From Sphingobacteriales bacterium (GTDB lineage: Bacteria > Bacteroidota > Bacteroidia > Chitinophagales > JAYVJZ01), in contig JAYVJZ010000065.1 in assembly GCA_043768865.1 (NCBI GenBank), positions 1-35,025 of the forward strand: a stretch of DNA of 35,025 nt. Reading direction: 5' to 3'. The notes beneath the pieces are model-generated. The model did no database searches. It saw only the letters and a list, made by a program, of their open reading frames with translations, and was not told the DNA's origin. Of the stretch, positions 1 through 9,060 are shown in pieces. Numbering within the stretch: position 1 is the first letter of the stretch; each line of letters opens with the position of its first letter. A program made the position numbers and the translations under genes.

Positions 1-2649
1 CCCGATGTTACCACATCTCCTACTACACATACAATTACTATGGTTCCTTTTGCTCCTTATGTAGTTCCTGCTGGACCATTTTATGTGGGTGATATTATAT
101 TGTTTCCTGGCACACCTGGCCACCCTATCACGGTTACTGGTACAACTCCTCCAATAGTAGGAGCGACAAGCACTGTATCTTATTTAGTTACATCACCGGG
201 GTCATATAGTTTCGTTTGTGATTTCCATTCAAGTATGTTTGGCGTTGTAAATGTTATAACATCATCTGTTGCTACTACAGGCACATTCTGTGCAGTTGCA
301 CCTACTAGTGTTGGGTTGTGTTTAGAGACAATCGAGGTTAATGCTTCTTTTGATGCTGCTACATTGTCGGCTATTTGTAATGTTGATGCACAAACACCTG
401 TTATATACTCCATATATCAACAACCTTCGATAGGCATTATAGATGGCATGGCACCAAGTATGTCAGGTCAATGTGGGCCTTTCACGGCGAGTGTTACTGC
501 ATGTGCAGGAGTAGTGCTAGATGGTGATGAAACCTGGACGTATGGAGTAGATCTAAATGGTGATGGTATCGACGATGCAACGGGCAGTACCAACACCTAC
601 ACACCTCTTTTGGGACAGTCTGGGTTTATTACTTTTTCATATACAGACCCTGATTATCCCACTGCGTGCCAATCAGATATCGCAACATATAATTTCAGTT
701 GCCCTAGTGCCACAACCTACTCCACTTCATCATGTGTTTGTTTAAATAACGGCTTACCCACTGCTGCGGGGCAATACCTTGATGTAATCACAATAACAGG
801 CACAGGACCATTGACAATAACATCATCAAGTGGTGCGTATCAAAATAATATAAGCCCATTGTCAAACACAATCATAAGTGCAGCAGACATTATAATGACG
901 GGAGCAGGTGTTTATGAATTAATTATTAAGCATACTTCTTCGCTGGGGTATAATCTAACTATAACAGACGGTTTTGGCGTTGCAACAACGTTTTCGGGAA
1001 TTTGCACTTATCCAATAGTAAATGCTGGAGCAGGAGCTACAATCACTTGCACAGGCAGTGCTACTTTAGTTGCGAGTTCATTATCACCAATAGTATCTTA
1101 CAGTTGGGCTAGTGGTAGTTCTGCGAATCCATTTATAACTCCTATCCTCAATGCGACTCAAGATTATACAGTAACAGCAACCGACGCACAAGGTTGTATA
1201 ACCACCGATGTAGCCACTGTTACCGTTTTGCCATGCGTTAGTACCAGTACTATTTTAGATCCTTGTGTTTGTATGAACAATCAAACGGCACTAGCATCTG
1301 GTCAATTTTCTGATTTCTTTTTAATGAATGGCAACGCACCATTTAGCATCGTTTCATCTATTGGAGCATTTGATATTAACCCCGATCCAACTATAAACGT
1401 AGCTATCGATAACTCAGATTTTGTTATACTCAGCCCTACATCGCACCAACTGAATTTCAAACACACCTCAGGTCTTGGCTTTAGTATTTTAGTTGCCGAT
1501 GCCCTCGGTGTTCAATTCACAATCACGTCCGTATGCACGTATCCAATGGTAAATGCAGGCATAGACCAAACGGTAGCTCCCGGTGCTACGGCAAGTTTGT
1601 TAGCCAACGAATCGGCAAGCCCTACGAGTACGGTTACGGGTTTCGCATGGGTAGGAGGCCCTGCTACAGCCGCTTACACTACGCCAGCTAACTTTACAAC
1701 CACTTCGTATAACGTATCAATGTCTGACGACGCAGGCTGTGTAGTTACAGACAATTTGGTCATAAATGTATCTAGTGTAACAATCAATGCAGTCAATGAT
1801 ATCAGCACGACTACCACTACCACTTCGACTACTAATCCTATAGTGGTTGATGTGTTGCTGAACGACGTAGTAGTCGGTGGAGTAGGGGCAAGTACGGTTA
1901 CAATATTAACAGGACCTTCACCTTTGCAAGGCGTGGCAACAGTCAACCCAATAACAGGTGAGATAACATTTACGCCCGTAATAGGCTACAACGGTTCAGT
2001 AACTATAATCTACCAAATAGCAAACAGCGGGGTAACAGATAATGCTATTATTTCGATAGGCGTAACCAACACAACATCTGCATCTGTTATGTTTGTAAAC
2101 GGAAATGCTGAAAACAACTGTCTGCGAACGCATATTAATTGGATAACAGCAACAGAAAATAACTGTTCCCACTTCAACATACTACGCAGTTTGGATGCAG
2201 GGGCCACATACGAACAGATAGCAAGTGTAGCTGGCAATGGCAACTCCGGTATCATGCATCATTATAACTACTTTGACCCTATCACCCCTTCCAAAGCAGT
2301 ATATTATCAACTTATACAAGTGGATAATAATGGCACTGAAACATTTTTGACAACGCTACACGTATCGCCATTATGCACAAGCCCAACCAATATTAGTAAT
2401 TTGTACCCCAATCCAACCGATGCAAGCATAACATACGAAATTACGACTTCCCTATTTGCTGAAGTTCAATTAAACGTAGTAGATGTAATCGGTAGAGTGA
2501 TGCAAGAGAAAATAATTGTATTACAACCTGGCGTCAATAGTTTTGAACTAGACGTTAGCAGCTACGCAAATGGAGTTTATTTTTTAAACTTACGTGAACG
2601 CAATAGTGCTGGCATGTTATCAAACCGCAAGTTTGTAAAAAGTAAATAA
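1..2649 (+). CDS. Large secreted/cell-surface protein, 5'-truncated by the window edge. It has an N-terminal cupredoxin (blue-copper) domain, two ~170-aa tandem modules, a VNDxxxT...VLxND Ig/cadherin-like segment and a C-terminal T9SS sorting domain.
   Basis: Frame 1 is open from nt 1 with no stop before the ATG at 40. The motif FVCDFHSSMFGVVNV (C-x2-H-x2-M) with an upstream GHP His fits type-1 copper ligands. The C-terminus NLYPNPTDASITYEI...GVYFLNL...FVKSK is typical of the T9SS type A CTD. The stop is TAA at 2647-2649 and is followed by a hairpin terminator. Confidence 0.7.
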   Translation, partial: PDVTTSPTTHTITMVPFAPYVVPAGPFYVGDIILFPGTPGHPITVTGTTPPIVGATSTVSYLVTSPGSYSFVCDFHSSMFGVVNVITSSVATTGTFCAVAPTSVGLCLETIEVNASFDAATLSAICNVDAQTPVIYSIYQQPSIGIIDGMAPSMSGQCGPFTASVTACAGVVLDGDETWTYGVDLNGDGIDDATGSTNTYTPLLGQSGFITFSYTDPDYPTACQSDIATYNFSCPSATTYSTSSCVCLNNGLPTAAGQYLDVITITGTGPLTITSSSGAYQNNISPLSNTIISAADIIMTGAGVYELIIKHTSSLGYNLTITDGFGVATTFSGICTYPIVNAGAGATITCTGSATLVASSLSPIVSYSWASGSSANPFITPILNATQDYTVTATDAQGCITTDVATVTVLPCVSTSTILDPCVCMNNQTALASGQFSDFFLMNGNAPFSIVSSIGAFDINPDPTINVAIDNSDFVILSPTSHQLNFKHTSGLGFSILVADALGVQFTITSVCTYPMVNAGIDQTVAPGATASLLANESASPTSTVTGFAWVGGPATAAYTTPANFTTTSYNVSMSDDAGCVVTDNLVINVSSVTINAVNDISTTTTTTSTTNPIVVDVLLNDVVVGGVGASTVTILTGPSPLQGVATVNPITGEITFTPVIGYNGSVTIIYQIANSGVTDNAIISIGVTNTTSASVMFVNGNAENNCLRTHINWITATENNCSHFNILRSLDAGATYEQIASVAGNGNSGIMHHYNYFDPITPSKAVYYQLIQVDNNGTETFLTTLHVSPLCTSPTNISNLYPNPTDASITYEITTSLFAEVQLNVVDVIGRVMQEKIIVLQPGVNSFELDVSSYANGVYFLNLRERNSAGMLSNRKFVKSK

Positions 2650-2670
2650 GATACTGATTGATAGAAAATC

Positions 2671-2706
2671 AAAAAAAGACCCAACCAAATGTTGGGTCTT
2701 TTTTTT
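2671..2706. terminator. Bidirectional intrinsic terminator between convergent genes
   Basis: The stem is agacccaac (2677-2685) / gttgggtct (2691-2699) with a 5-nt loop. It is flanked by an A7 run upstream and a T7 run downstream, so it reads as hairpin plus U-tract on both strands. Confidence 0.65.
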
Positions 2707-2726
2707 ATCTAAATTTTTAATTTATT

Positions 2727-3554
2727 TTAATTATTCTTTGTGCAATGATAGATAATCTCGCCTTTCATTAAGCCATATTTTTTTTGTAATTCATCTCCAA
2801 GTTCATTATAATAATCTACCTCATCTACATCATACCCCGCCCCACGCAACCTATCAGGGTAATCGCAACCATACCAACGAACATGATCTTTTTGTCCAAA
2901 AGATTTTTTTCTATCTTCCGGTTCTACGATAGTATAATCTTCATACGTAGTCGCTAAATTATAATCTATCGGCACCTATAATATAGCTTGACCGCCTGTT
3001 TTGAGTATTCTTTTTAATTCGCTCATTGCTAGTCGGTCTTCTATTATGTGCTCTAAAACATGATTGCAAATAATGAAATCATACGTGTTGTCAGCGTATG
3101 GTATTTTTGTAATATCAACTTTTTCTACCTTGTTTTTTCCATCAAAATTATAATATTGAGGAAATAAGTCGCAAGAGGTATAATCGATATTGGGTGAACT
3201 ATTAAACAAATTGTACAGCACTCTTTCAGGTGAAAAATGTAGTAATTTTATTTTTTTGTTTTCATTTAAAATACCAATTTTTTTGGTGATAAATAACCAC
3301 ATCAAACGATGCCTCTCTAGTGAATCACAATTGTAGCAAAACGCATTGAAACGAACGGGGTAGCCATAATTACCAAACTTACAAAGATTGTGAAGGCAAA
3401 TAGGGCAGGTTACATTATTGCCCTGATACTTTTTTAAGAGGTTTTTTTTCTTATTCAATCGAATAGCATCTACGAGAAATCGAGGAGTTATTTTTTCTAA
3501 AATAATTTCAAACATGGAGCAGTTATTTTTTTTAAAATGTAATATTACAATCAA
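2727..3554 (-). pseudogene. Class I SAM-dependent methyltransferase (Methyltransf_11-like) with an N-terminal CxxC...CxxC zinc ribbon, interrupted by one in-frame TAG
   Basis: ORFs 2976..3554 and 2727..2975 are in the same frame and are separated only by TAG (minus strand, + coordinates 2976-2978): ...TGGQAIL*VPIDYN.... The N-terminal part has CPICLH...CYNCDSLERHR, LLHFSPE and DFIICNHVLEHI. The C-terminal part has the FGQKDHVRWYGxDY tail that I recall as normally contiguous in this family. The likely true start is ATG at 3515 (MFEIILEK). Confidence 0.6.
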
Positions 3555-3898
3555 TTTTAGTATTTTTAAAAAACGATTCGAAGCAACTAGTTATTTTGAA
3601 GTCAGATTTTTATGAACCAACACTCAATACGTGATGATGTCTTGGGGGTAAATGAATAACGTATCTTTTTTTTAATTTTGATTATATAAATTAAAAATAA
3701 ACAAACCCTTACAAATTCTATTATTGGATATGCCAATGGCTATTTGTTTATGATATTCATACAAAACAAACAGGCATTTTAATTGTTAGTCTAACGCTAA
3801 AATCGAGGTGGAGGCAACGTTTTAGTAACTAAAAAACAAAATAATAGTAATCTAAAGCAGATACTAGTTTTAGTTTAAATTATCCTACTATAATGCTA

Positions 3899-3906
3899 TA
3901 TATTTG
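3899..3906 (+). promoter_or_regulatory. Candidate Bacteroidota -7 promoter box (TAnnTTTG) for rdgB
   Basis: TATATTTG lies 19 nt upstream of the rdgB ATG. No clear -33 TTG was seen. Confidence 0.3.
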
Positions 3907-3924
3907 GGTTTATAATTATAAAAA

Positions 3925-4503
3925 ATGAAACTAATATTTGCATCACACAATTCAAATAAAGTAGCTGAGATAGCACAATTGATGCCCGCAGGTATTACCC
4001 TGCTCTCGCTTGCAGACCTTAATTTTGAAGAAGAGATAATAGAAGATGGATTGACAATAGAAGAAAATGCGTTAAAAAAAGCACGGCACATACATCAATT
4101 GACCCAACTCAATGTATTTGCCGATGATACTGGATTGGAGGTAGAGGCACTAAATGGAGCACCTGGAGTGCACTCGGCGAGGTATGCGGGCATACAAAAA
4201 AACGATGCCGACAATATCAATAAGTTGTTAGATGCATTGAAGAACACCACCGCAAGATCGGCTCAATTTAAGACCTGCATAGCAGCGATTATCAACAACA
4301 GCGAAACCCTCCATACGGGTCTTTGCAAAGGTGCTGTAAGTCAATCTCCGTCGGGGTTGTATGGTTTTGGTTACGATTCTATATTTGTGCCTGATGGAGC
4401 GAGTAGAAGTTTCGCCGATATGATGTTAGAGCAGAAAAATAAATTTAGCCATAGGGCGAAAGCCTTTGCACTTTTTATTCAATATATAAATCAAAATATA
4501 TAG
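3925..4503 (+). CDS. rdgB: Non-canonical purine NTP pyrophosphatase (RdgB/HAM1 family)
   Basis: Family motifs are present: MKLIFASHNSNKVAEI, DDTGLEVEALNGAPGVHSARYAG, FGYDSIFVP and SHRAKA. Confidence 0.9.
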   Translation: MKLIFASHNSNKVAEIAQLMPAGITLLSLADLNFEEEIIEDGLTIEENALKKARHIHQLTQLNVFADDTGLEVEALNGAPGVHSARYAGIQKNDADNINKLLDALKNTTARSAQFKTCIAAIINNSETLHTGLCKGAVSQSPSGLYGFGYDSIFVPDGASRSFADMMLEQKNKFSHRAKAFALFIQYINQNI

Positions 4504-4851
4504 ATGATCATAGGTTTGAAAAATATACGTATGCGTGCGAATCATGGCATTTATGAGTTTGAAAAATCGAATGGAAATGATTTTATTATAAATGCAGAAA
4601 TTGGATTTGATGCGCCTTGTAATATTCAAAATATTGAAGAAACTCTGGACTACGAAGTGCTATTAAAATGCATTGAAAAACACATGAAATTAGCAACGCC
4701 ACTTTTGGAAACTGTGGTACAAAACATAGAAATTGAGCTAAAAGAAGTTTTTATTAGATTAAATTATTATAAAATAAAAATTGAAAAATGTTCCCCTCCA
4801 ATGGACGCAAACATATACTCTAGTTATGTTTCAGTCAAATGGAGGCGTTAG
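4504..4851 (+). CDS. folB: Dihydroneopterin aldolase (FolB family)
   Basis: The protein is 115 aa. Its ATG directly abuts the rdgB stop. The N-terminus IGLKNIRMRANHGIYEFEKSNGNDFIINAEI resembles the FolB pattern. Confidence 0.65.
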   Translation: MIIGLKNIRMRANHGIYEFEKSNGNDFIINAEIGFDAPCNIQNIEETLDYEVLLKCIEKHMKLATPLLETVVQNIEIELKEVFIRLNYYKIKIEKCSPPMDANIYSSYVSVKWRR

Positions 4852-4968
4852 GGTTAAAGATAATAATTAAAAAATATTTTTTTTTATTTGTTTTATTTGT
4901 AAAATAAGTTGTAATTATGCTCATTGTTTAGACATCTAATTTTATTAAACCAATTAACAACACGCATT

Positions 4969-5313
4969 ATGAATCTCTACGTAGGTAACTTGAGTTACCA
5001 AATGAAAGAATCCGAATTACAAGATCTTTTTTCCGAGTTCGGAGAAGTTACTTCTGTAAAAATTATTACTGACAAGTTCACAGGACGCAGCAAAGGTTTC
5101 GCTTTTGTTGACATGACTAGCGATGACGCTGGTAATGCAGCTATCCAAAACTTGCATGGCAAAGAAATGAAAGAACGTGCAATCACTGTCAACGAAGCTC
5201 GCCCTCGTGAAGAAGGTAGCTTCAGCTCACGTCCACCTCGTTCTAACGGTGGCGGTAGCGGCGGCGGTGGATACCGTGGCGGCAACGGCGGCGGCGGTGG
5301 CAATCGTTATTAA
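4969..5313 (+). CDS. RRM-domain RNA-binding protein with a Gly/Arg-rich tail
   Basis: RNP2 is LYVGNL and RNP1 is KGFAFVDM. The C-terminal tail is GGGSGGGGYRGGNGGGGGNRY. I prefer the ATG at 4969 (MNLYVGNL) over the upstream TTG at 4924 used in the ORF track. Confidence 0.85.
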   Translation: MNLYVGNLSYQMKESELQDLFSEFGEVTSVKIITDKFTGRSKGFAFVDMTSDDAGNAAIQNLHGKEMKERAITVNEARPREEGSFSSRPPRSNGGGSGGGGYRGGNGGGGGNRY

Positions 5314-5383
5314 TTTTTTTTGTTGGTGGTTGGTCAATTAGCATTTACCTTTGTAGGATTGTTTATCTATTCTACTACTACAA

Positions 5384-6421
5384 ATGCATCGAACCGACAT
5401 TAGTTCACTTGGTGAATTCAAACTCATTGAAAGGCTCACTGACAAAATAATATATACCGACAAAACTATTCTTAAAGGAGTTGGTGATGACAGTGCTGTC
5501 ATCACCAACTCCTTTTGCATGTTAGTTACTACCGATATGCTCACTGAAGGCATTCATTTTGATTTGACTTACGTGCCCCTAAAACACCTTGGGTACAAAG
5601 CTGTAGCTGTAAATGTGAGTGATATATGTGCAATGAACGCTTTGCCTAAGTTCATAACTGTGTCTATCGGCATTAGCAACAGATTCAGTGTGGAAGCAAT
5701 AGAAGAGCTATACGAAGGCATACATGCGGCTTGTCAAAAGTATAACGTATCATTGATAGGTGGCGACACTTGTAGCAGCAAAAGTGGTTTAGTCATCAAT
5801 ATTACGTGTATTGGTGAGCAACTGCAAGAAAAAATTGTTTATCGCAAAGGTGCAAACGTTGGAGATTTACTTTGTGTAACAGGCGATTTGGGTGCAGCCT
5901 ACTTAGGGTTGCAATTGTTGGAAAGAGAAAAACAGGTGTATCTAGAAGACCCTAACATGCAGCCCAATTTATTGCATGCACCTTATCTATTGCAGCGTCA
6001 GCTTAAACCTGAAGCAAGAATCGACGTGATTACGCAATTTGCAAATAATGAAATACTCCCTACCTCGATGATTGATGTGAGCGACGGGTTGAGTAGCGAA
6101 ATACTTCATTTAAGTAAACACAGCAACGTTGGGTTTAATCTATTAGAAGATAGAATACCGATACATGATGAGTGCAAACAGCAAGCTTTTGAGTTTGGAA
6201 TAGACGCAACATTATGTGCTATGAGTGGTGGCGAGGATTATGAATTATTGTTTACAATACCAGCTGCGGAATATAATAAAATTATGCTTGCTGGCGATAT
6301 AAGCGTTATAGGTCAGGCAGTTACGATGGCAGAAGGCAATCATCTTATTACTAAAAGCGGCAACAAGCACCCGCTTTCTGCTCTAGGTTGGAACGCATTC
6401 AGTGGAACTGATAACCTGTAA
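5384..6421 (+). CDS. thiL: Thiamine-monophosphate kinase
   Basis: The AIR-synthase-like fold motifs GEFKLIERL, GVGDDSAV, TTDMLTEGIHF, KAVAVNVSDICAMNA and LIGGDT are present. Confidence 0.85.
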   Translation: MHRTDISSLGEFKLIERLTDKIIYTDKTILKGVGDDSAVITNSFCMLVTTDMLTEGIHFDLTYVPLKHLGYKAVAVNVSDICAMNALPKFITVSIGISNRFSVEAIEELYEGIHAACQKYNVSLIGGDTCSSKSGLVINITCIGEQLQEKIVYRKGANVGDLLCVTGDLGAAYLGLQLLEREKQVYLEDPNMQPNLLHAPYLLQRQLKPEARIDVITQFANNEILPTSMIDVSDGLSSEILHLSKHSNVGFNLLEDRIPIHDECKQQAFEFGIDATLCAMSGGEDYELLFTIPAAEYNKIMLAGDISVIGQAVTMAEGNHLITKSGNKHPLSALGWNAFSGTDNL

Positions 6422-6565
6422 AAATCCTATTAAAAATTGAATACTAGTTCGTAAAATTTGTTTGTAGAATTATATTTATTCTTTGAATACAAGTGGAAGT
6501 AAAGTAACTTTTTTTATTATGTAATTCAAAGTTCTCTTTCTTTTGAGTAATCTAGCTTTGTTCGA

Positions 6566-7561
6566 TTACATTGAAAATATTTTAGCAATCAACTCAGGCA
6601 ACAATTCTTTACTTTTTAACTTTGAATTGCCCACTCCCTTTTCTTTTAAATCATATTTATTGATTAAAAGCAGAATATATTCTGTTTTTTGCAGAGGATA
6701 TATTGACATACTAGCCAAATATTCGGCGGCTATGTTAGGTGGCCGCCCTGTTATCTGAGCTGCATCATATTGGTTCGTTACTTGATAAATATGGCAACAG
6801 TATAGTGCTGCAAAGTAAGCAAACATAGTTGTAAGCACCATTACTAATGGTTGTGCTGACAGCACTTCGGCTATTTGAAATGCTTTAATTTTATCTTTTT
6901 TGGCTATAGCTTTTAACATTTCAAATGCACTATAATCATTACTAATTCCCACATAAAGTTCTATTTCTTTGACTCCTATTTTACGCTTTTCGTTGCTGTT
7001 GATTATAATTTTAGTGAGCTCATTGACGAGCGTACTCAAATTATTGCCTACGTGGTCGCACAGAAGCTGCGTGGCTTCAGGGCTGATTTCATACTGCAAA
7101 TGTCGTGTGTAATCTCGAACCCATTCGGTCAATTTCCAATCTTTTATTTTTTCGGCATTGAACACCGCACACGTTTTGCGTATTGATTTTGTTATCGTTT
7201 TGCGTTCGTCCAATTTCTCTGTTTTGTTCGCAATAAATAGTATCGTAGTAGGAGTTGGTTTTTCAAAATAGGGCATCATCAATTCCCAGTCTTTGTCTTT
7301 TATAAACTGTGCTTCTTTTACTATCACTACTTGCTTTTCGCTCATCATCGGGTACCGCTTGCAGATGTCAATAAGCGACGGTATCGTTATATCTCGCCCA
7401 TACACTACAGTTTGGTTAAAGCTACGCTCAGCCTCAGTTAATAGATATTTTTCAGCCGCATTTATAATCTCATCTATAAAAAGTGGTTCACCACCAAATA
7501 TATAATTGACAGGTTGTACAGCTCGACTTTTAATAGTATTTATTAATACAAAATGTTGCAA
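6566..7561 (-). CDS. holA: DNA polymerase III subunit delta
   Basis: The protein is 331 aa. IFGGEPLFIDE and VVIVKEAQ, plus the size and layout, are typical of HolA. Confidence 0.75.
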   Translation of the reverse strand: MQHFVLINTIKSRAVQPVNYIFGGEPLFIDEIINAAEKYLLTEAERSFNQTVVYGRDITIPSLIDICKRYPMMSEKQVVIVKEAQFIKDKDWELMMPYFEKPTPTTILFIANKTEKLDERKTITKSIRKTCAVFNAEKIKDWKLTEWVRDYTRHLQYEISPEATQLLCDHVGNNLSTLVNELTKIIINSNEKRKIGVKEIELYVGISNDYSAFEMLKAIAKKDKIKAFQIAEVLSAQPLVMVLTTMFAYFAALYCCHIYQVTNQYDAAQITGRPPNIAAEYLASMSIYPLQKTEYILLLINKYDLKEKGVGNSKLKSKELLPELIAKIFSM

Positions 7562-7626
7562 ATCTTTAGGCTTTTGTTATATGCAAATGTAACGATAATT
7601 TCCTTTTTTTTTAAATAGAACTCGTA

Positions 7627-8250
7627 TTACTTTTTAAAATCCAACATTGATAGCAATGTATGTTCAAAAAAATTATATTCCTCTACGTCGTTGCTTGCTA
7701 TCAATACTAATTTATCAGCAATTAAATTTTGTAATTTGTTTTTGTACAACGCTCTTCCTGCTGCATCTAAGTTGCTACAAGGCTCGTCGAGCAACAATAT
7801 TTTAGTATCGCTATAGAGTATCAACATTAATTTAATGCGTTGTTTTAAGCCTGACGACAGGTCGGAAATATATTTAGCGAGGTGTGGTTGCAACCCAAAC
7901 TCAGCTATCGTTTCAGCATTTAAACTAATATGTTTTTTTTTGAATTTGAAATGAAAATTTATCATTTCGTTTACTGTCAATTCTTCAATGAGTTCAATAT
8001 AGGGTGCGGCATAGCTTATGTTTTTATAGTATGCATTAAGTTCAACTAATTTGTACATATCATCGTACATCAATACATTGCCCTCTGTGGGGCTTATTTT
8101 TCCAGATATGAGCTGCAAAAGGGTAGATTTGCCACTACCATTGCTGCCCGTTATTACGTATATATTGTTGCTTTCAAATTCAAAAGTAAGGTTTTGTAGC
8201 ACCTTTTCATTTTTGAATCTTTTGGATATTTGGTTTAATTTAATTCGCAT
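7627..8250 (-). CDS. ABC transporter ATP-binding protein with no adjacent permease
   Basis: Walker A is GSNGSGKST, the signature is LSSGLKQR and Walker B is LLLDEP. The gene overlaps the lpxA 3' end by 11 nt. Confidence 0.8.
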   Translation of the reverse strand: MRIKLNQISKRFKNEKVLQNLTFEFESNNIYVITGSNGSGKSTLLQLISGKISPTEGNVLMYDDMYKLVELNAYYKNISYAAPYIELIEELTVNEMINFHFKFKKKHISLNAETIAEFGLQPHLAKYISDLSSGLKQRIKLMLILYSDTKILLLDEPCSNLDAAGRALYKNKLQNLIADKLVLIASNDVEEYNFFEHTLLSMLDFKK

Positions 8251-9028
8251 CTTTACTCTGAAATCCTTTCATAATTCCTTTTTCAGCACTGTTGATAAAC
8301 GATATTATTTGATCGCGTTCGGGAGACGAGGGTATAGCATCCATTACTTGTTTAATCGCATTGCTGAGGCTTAAATTTTTTACAAAAATGTAACGATACA
8401 CATCTTGTATCTCATGTATAATATCTTGCGAAAATCCCCTGCGTTGCAAACCAACACTGTTGATGCCGATATACGAAACTGGCTCTCTGCCTGCCTTCAC
8501 GTAGGGAGGTATGTCTTTGCGAACCTGCGAACAGCCAGATATAAAACTGTGATCTCCAATACGCAGAAACTGTTGCACCGCTGCCATTCCTTCTATAATT
8601 ACCCAATCGCCAATCGATATATGCCCAGCTAAATTCACCGAATTAGCAATGATACAATTATTGCCAATCAAACAATCATGTGCAACGTGCACATACGCCA
8701 TCAATAAACAGTTTTTACCTATTTCGGTTTTATTTAAGTATTTAGTACCACGATTAATCGTTACACACTCTCGTATTGTAGTGTTATCGCCTATGATAGC
8801 CAAGGTCTCCTCTCCTTGAAATTTTAAATCCTGTGGAATAGCAGAAATAACAGCCCCCGGAAATATTTTACAATTTTTGCCAATACGTGCCCCTGAAAAC
8901 ACCGTTACATTTGGGCCAATCCAAGTACCCTCGCCTATTTCCACGTTTGCGTCTATATAACAAAAAGGTGAAATAGTTACATTTTTAGCGATTTTAGCAG
9001 CAGGGCTGATGACAACATTAGTGAGCAT
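8240..9028 (-). CDS. lpxA: Acyl-ACP--UDP-N-acetylglucosamine O-acyltransferase
   Basis: Hexapeptide repeats run throughout. The IPQDLKFQGEET and INRGT motifs are present, and the gene sits directly downstream of lpxC/fabZ. Confidence 0.9.
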   Translation of the reverse strand: MLTNVVISPAAKIAKNVTISPFCYIDANVEIGEGTWIGPNVTVFSGARIGKNCKIFPGAVISAIPQDLKFQGEETLAIIGDNTTIRECVTINRGTKYLNKTEIGKNCLLMAYVHVAHDCLIGNNCIIANSVNLAGHISIGDWVIIEGMAAVQQFLRIGDHSFISGCSQVRKDIPPYVKAGREPVSYIGINSVGLQRRGFSQDIIHEIQDVYRYIFVKNLSLSNAIKQVMDAIPSSPERDQIISFINSAEKGIMKGFQSKDAN

Positions 9029-9060
9029 ACGTTTATAAAATATTCTGGTTTATAAGTATG

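Noticed and set aside
180-2255. Short ORFs nested in or antisense to the large T9SS protein gene (180..413, 557..745, 1674..1946, 2010..2255)
   Set aside because: All lie within the continuous 869-codon frame, which has clear domain signatures. They lack motifs. Typical out-of-frame and antisense ORFs elsewhere were rejected the same way, for example 8051..8374, 9058..9327, 16336..17374, 19554..19973, 20902..21363, 28232..28660 and 31764..32123.
2976-2978. The TAG inside the methyltransferase as pyrrolysine or a reassigned stop codon
   Set aside because: TAG terminates rdgB (4501-4503) and folB (4849-4851) in the same window. The methyltransferase is not of the MtmB/MtbB/MttB type, and no pyl genes are visible. 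A point mutation or sequencing error is far more likely.
4995-5303. A 102-aa proline-rich ORF (PPPPPLPP...) on the minus strand
   Set aside because: It is the antisense reading of the GGC/GGT-rich Gly tail and RRM domain of the RNA-binding protein gene. It is a low-complexity mirror artefact.
6422-6565. A terminator between the convergent thiL and holA genes (ctttgaat...attcaaag)
   Set aside because: The 8-bp arms are separated by a loop of about 35 nt and consist of weak A/T pairs. This is not convincing as an intrinsic terminator.
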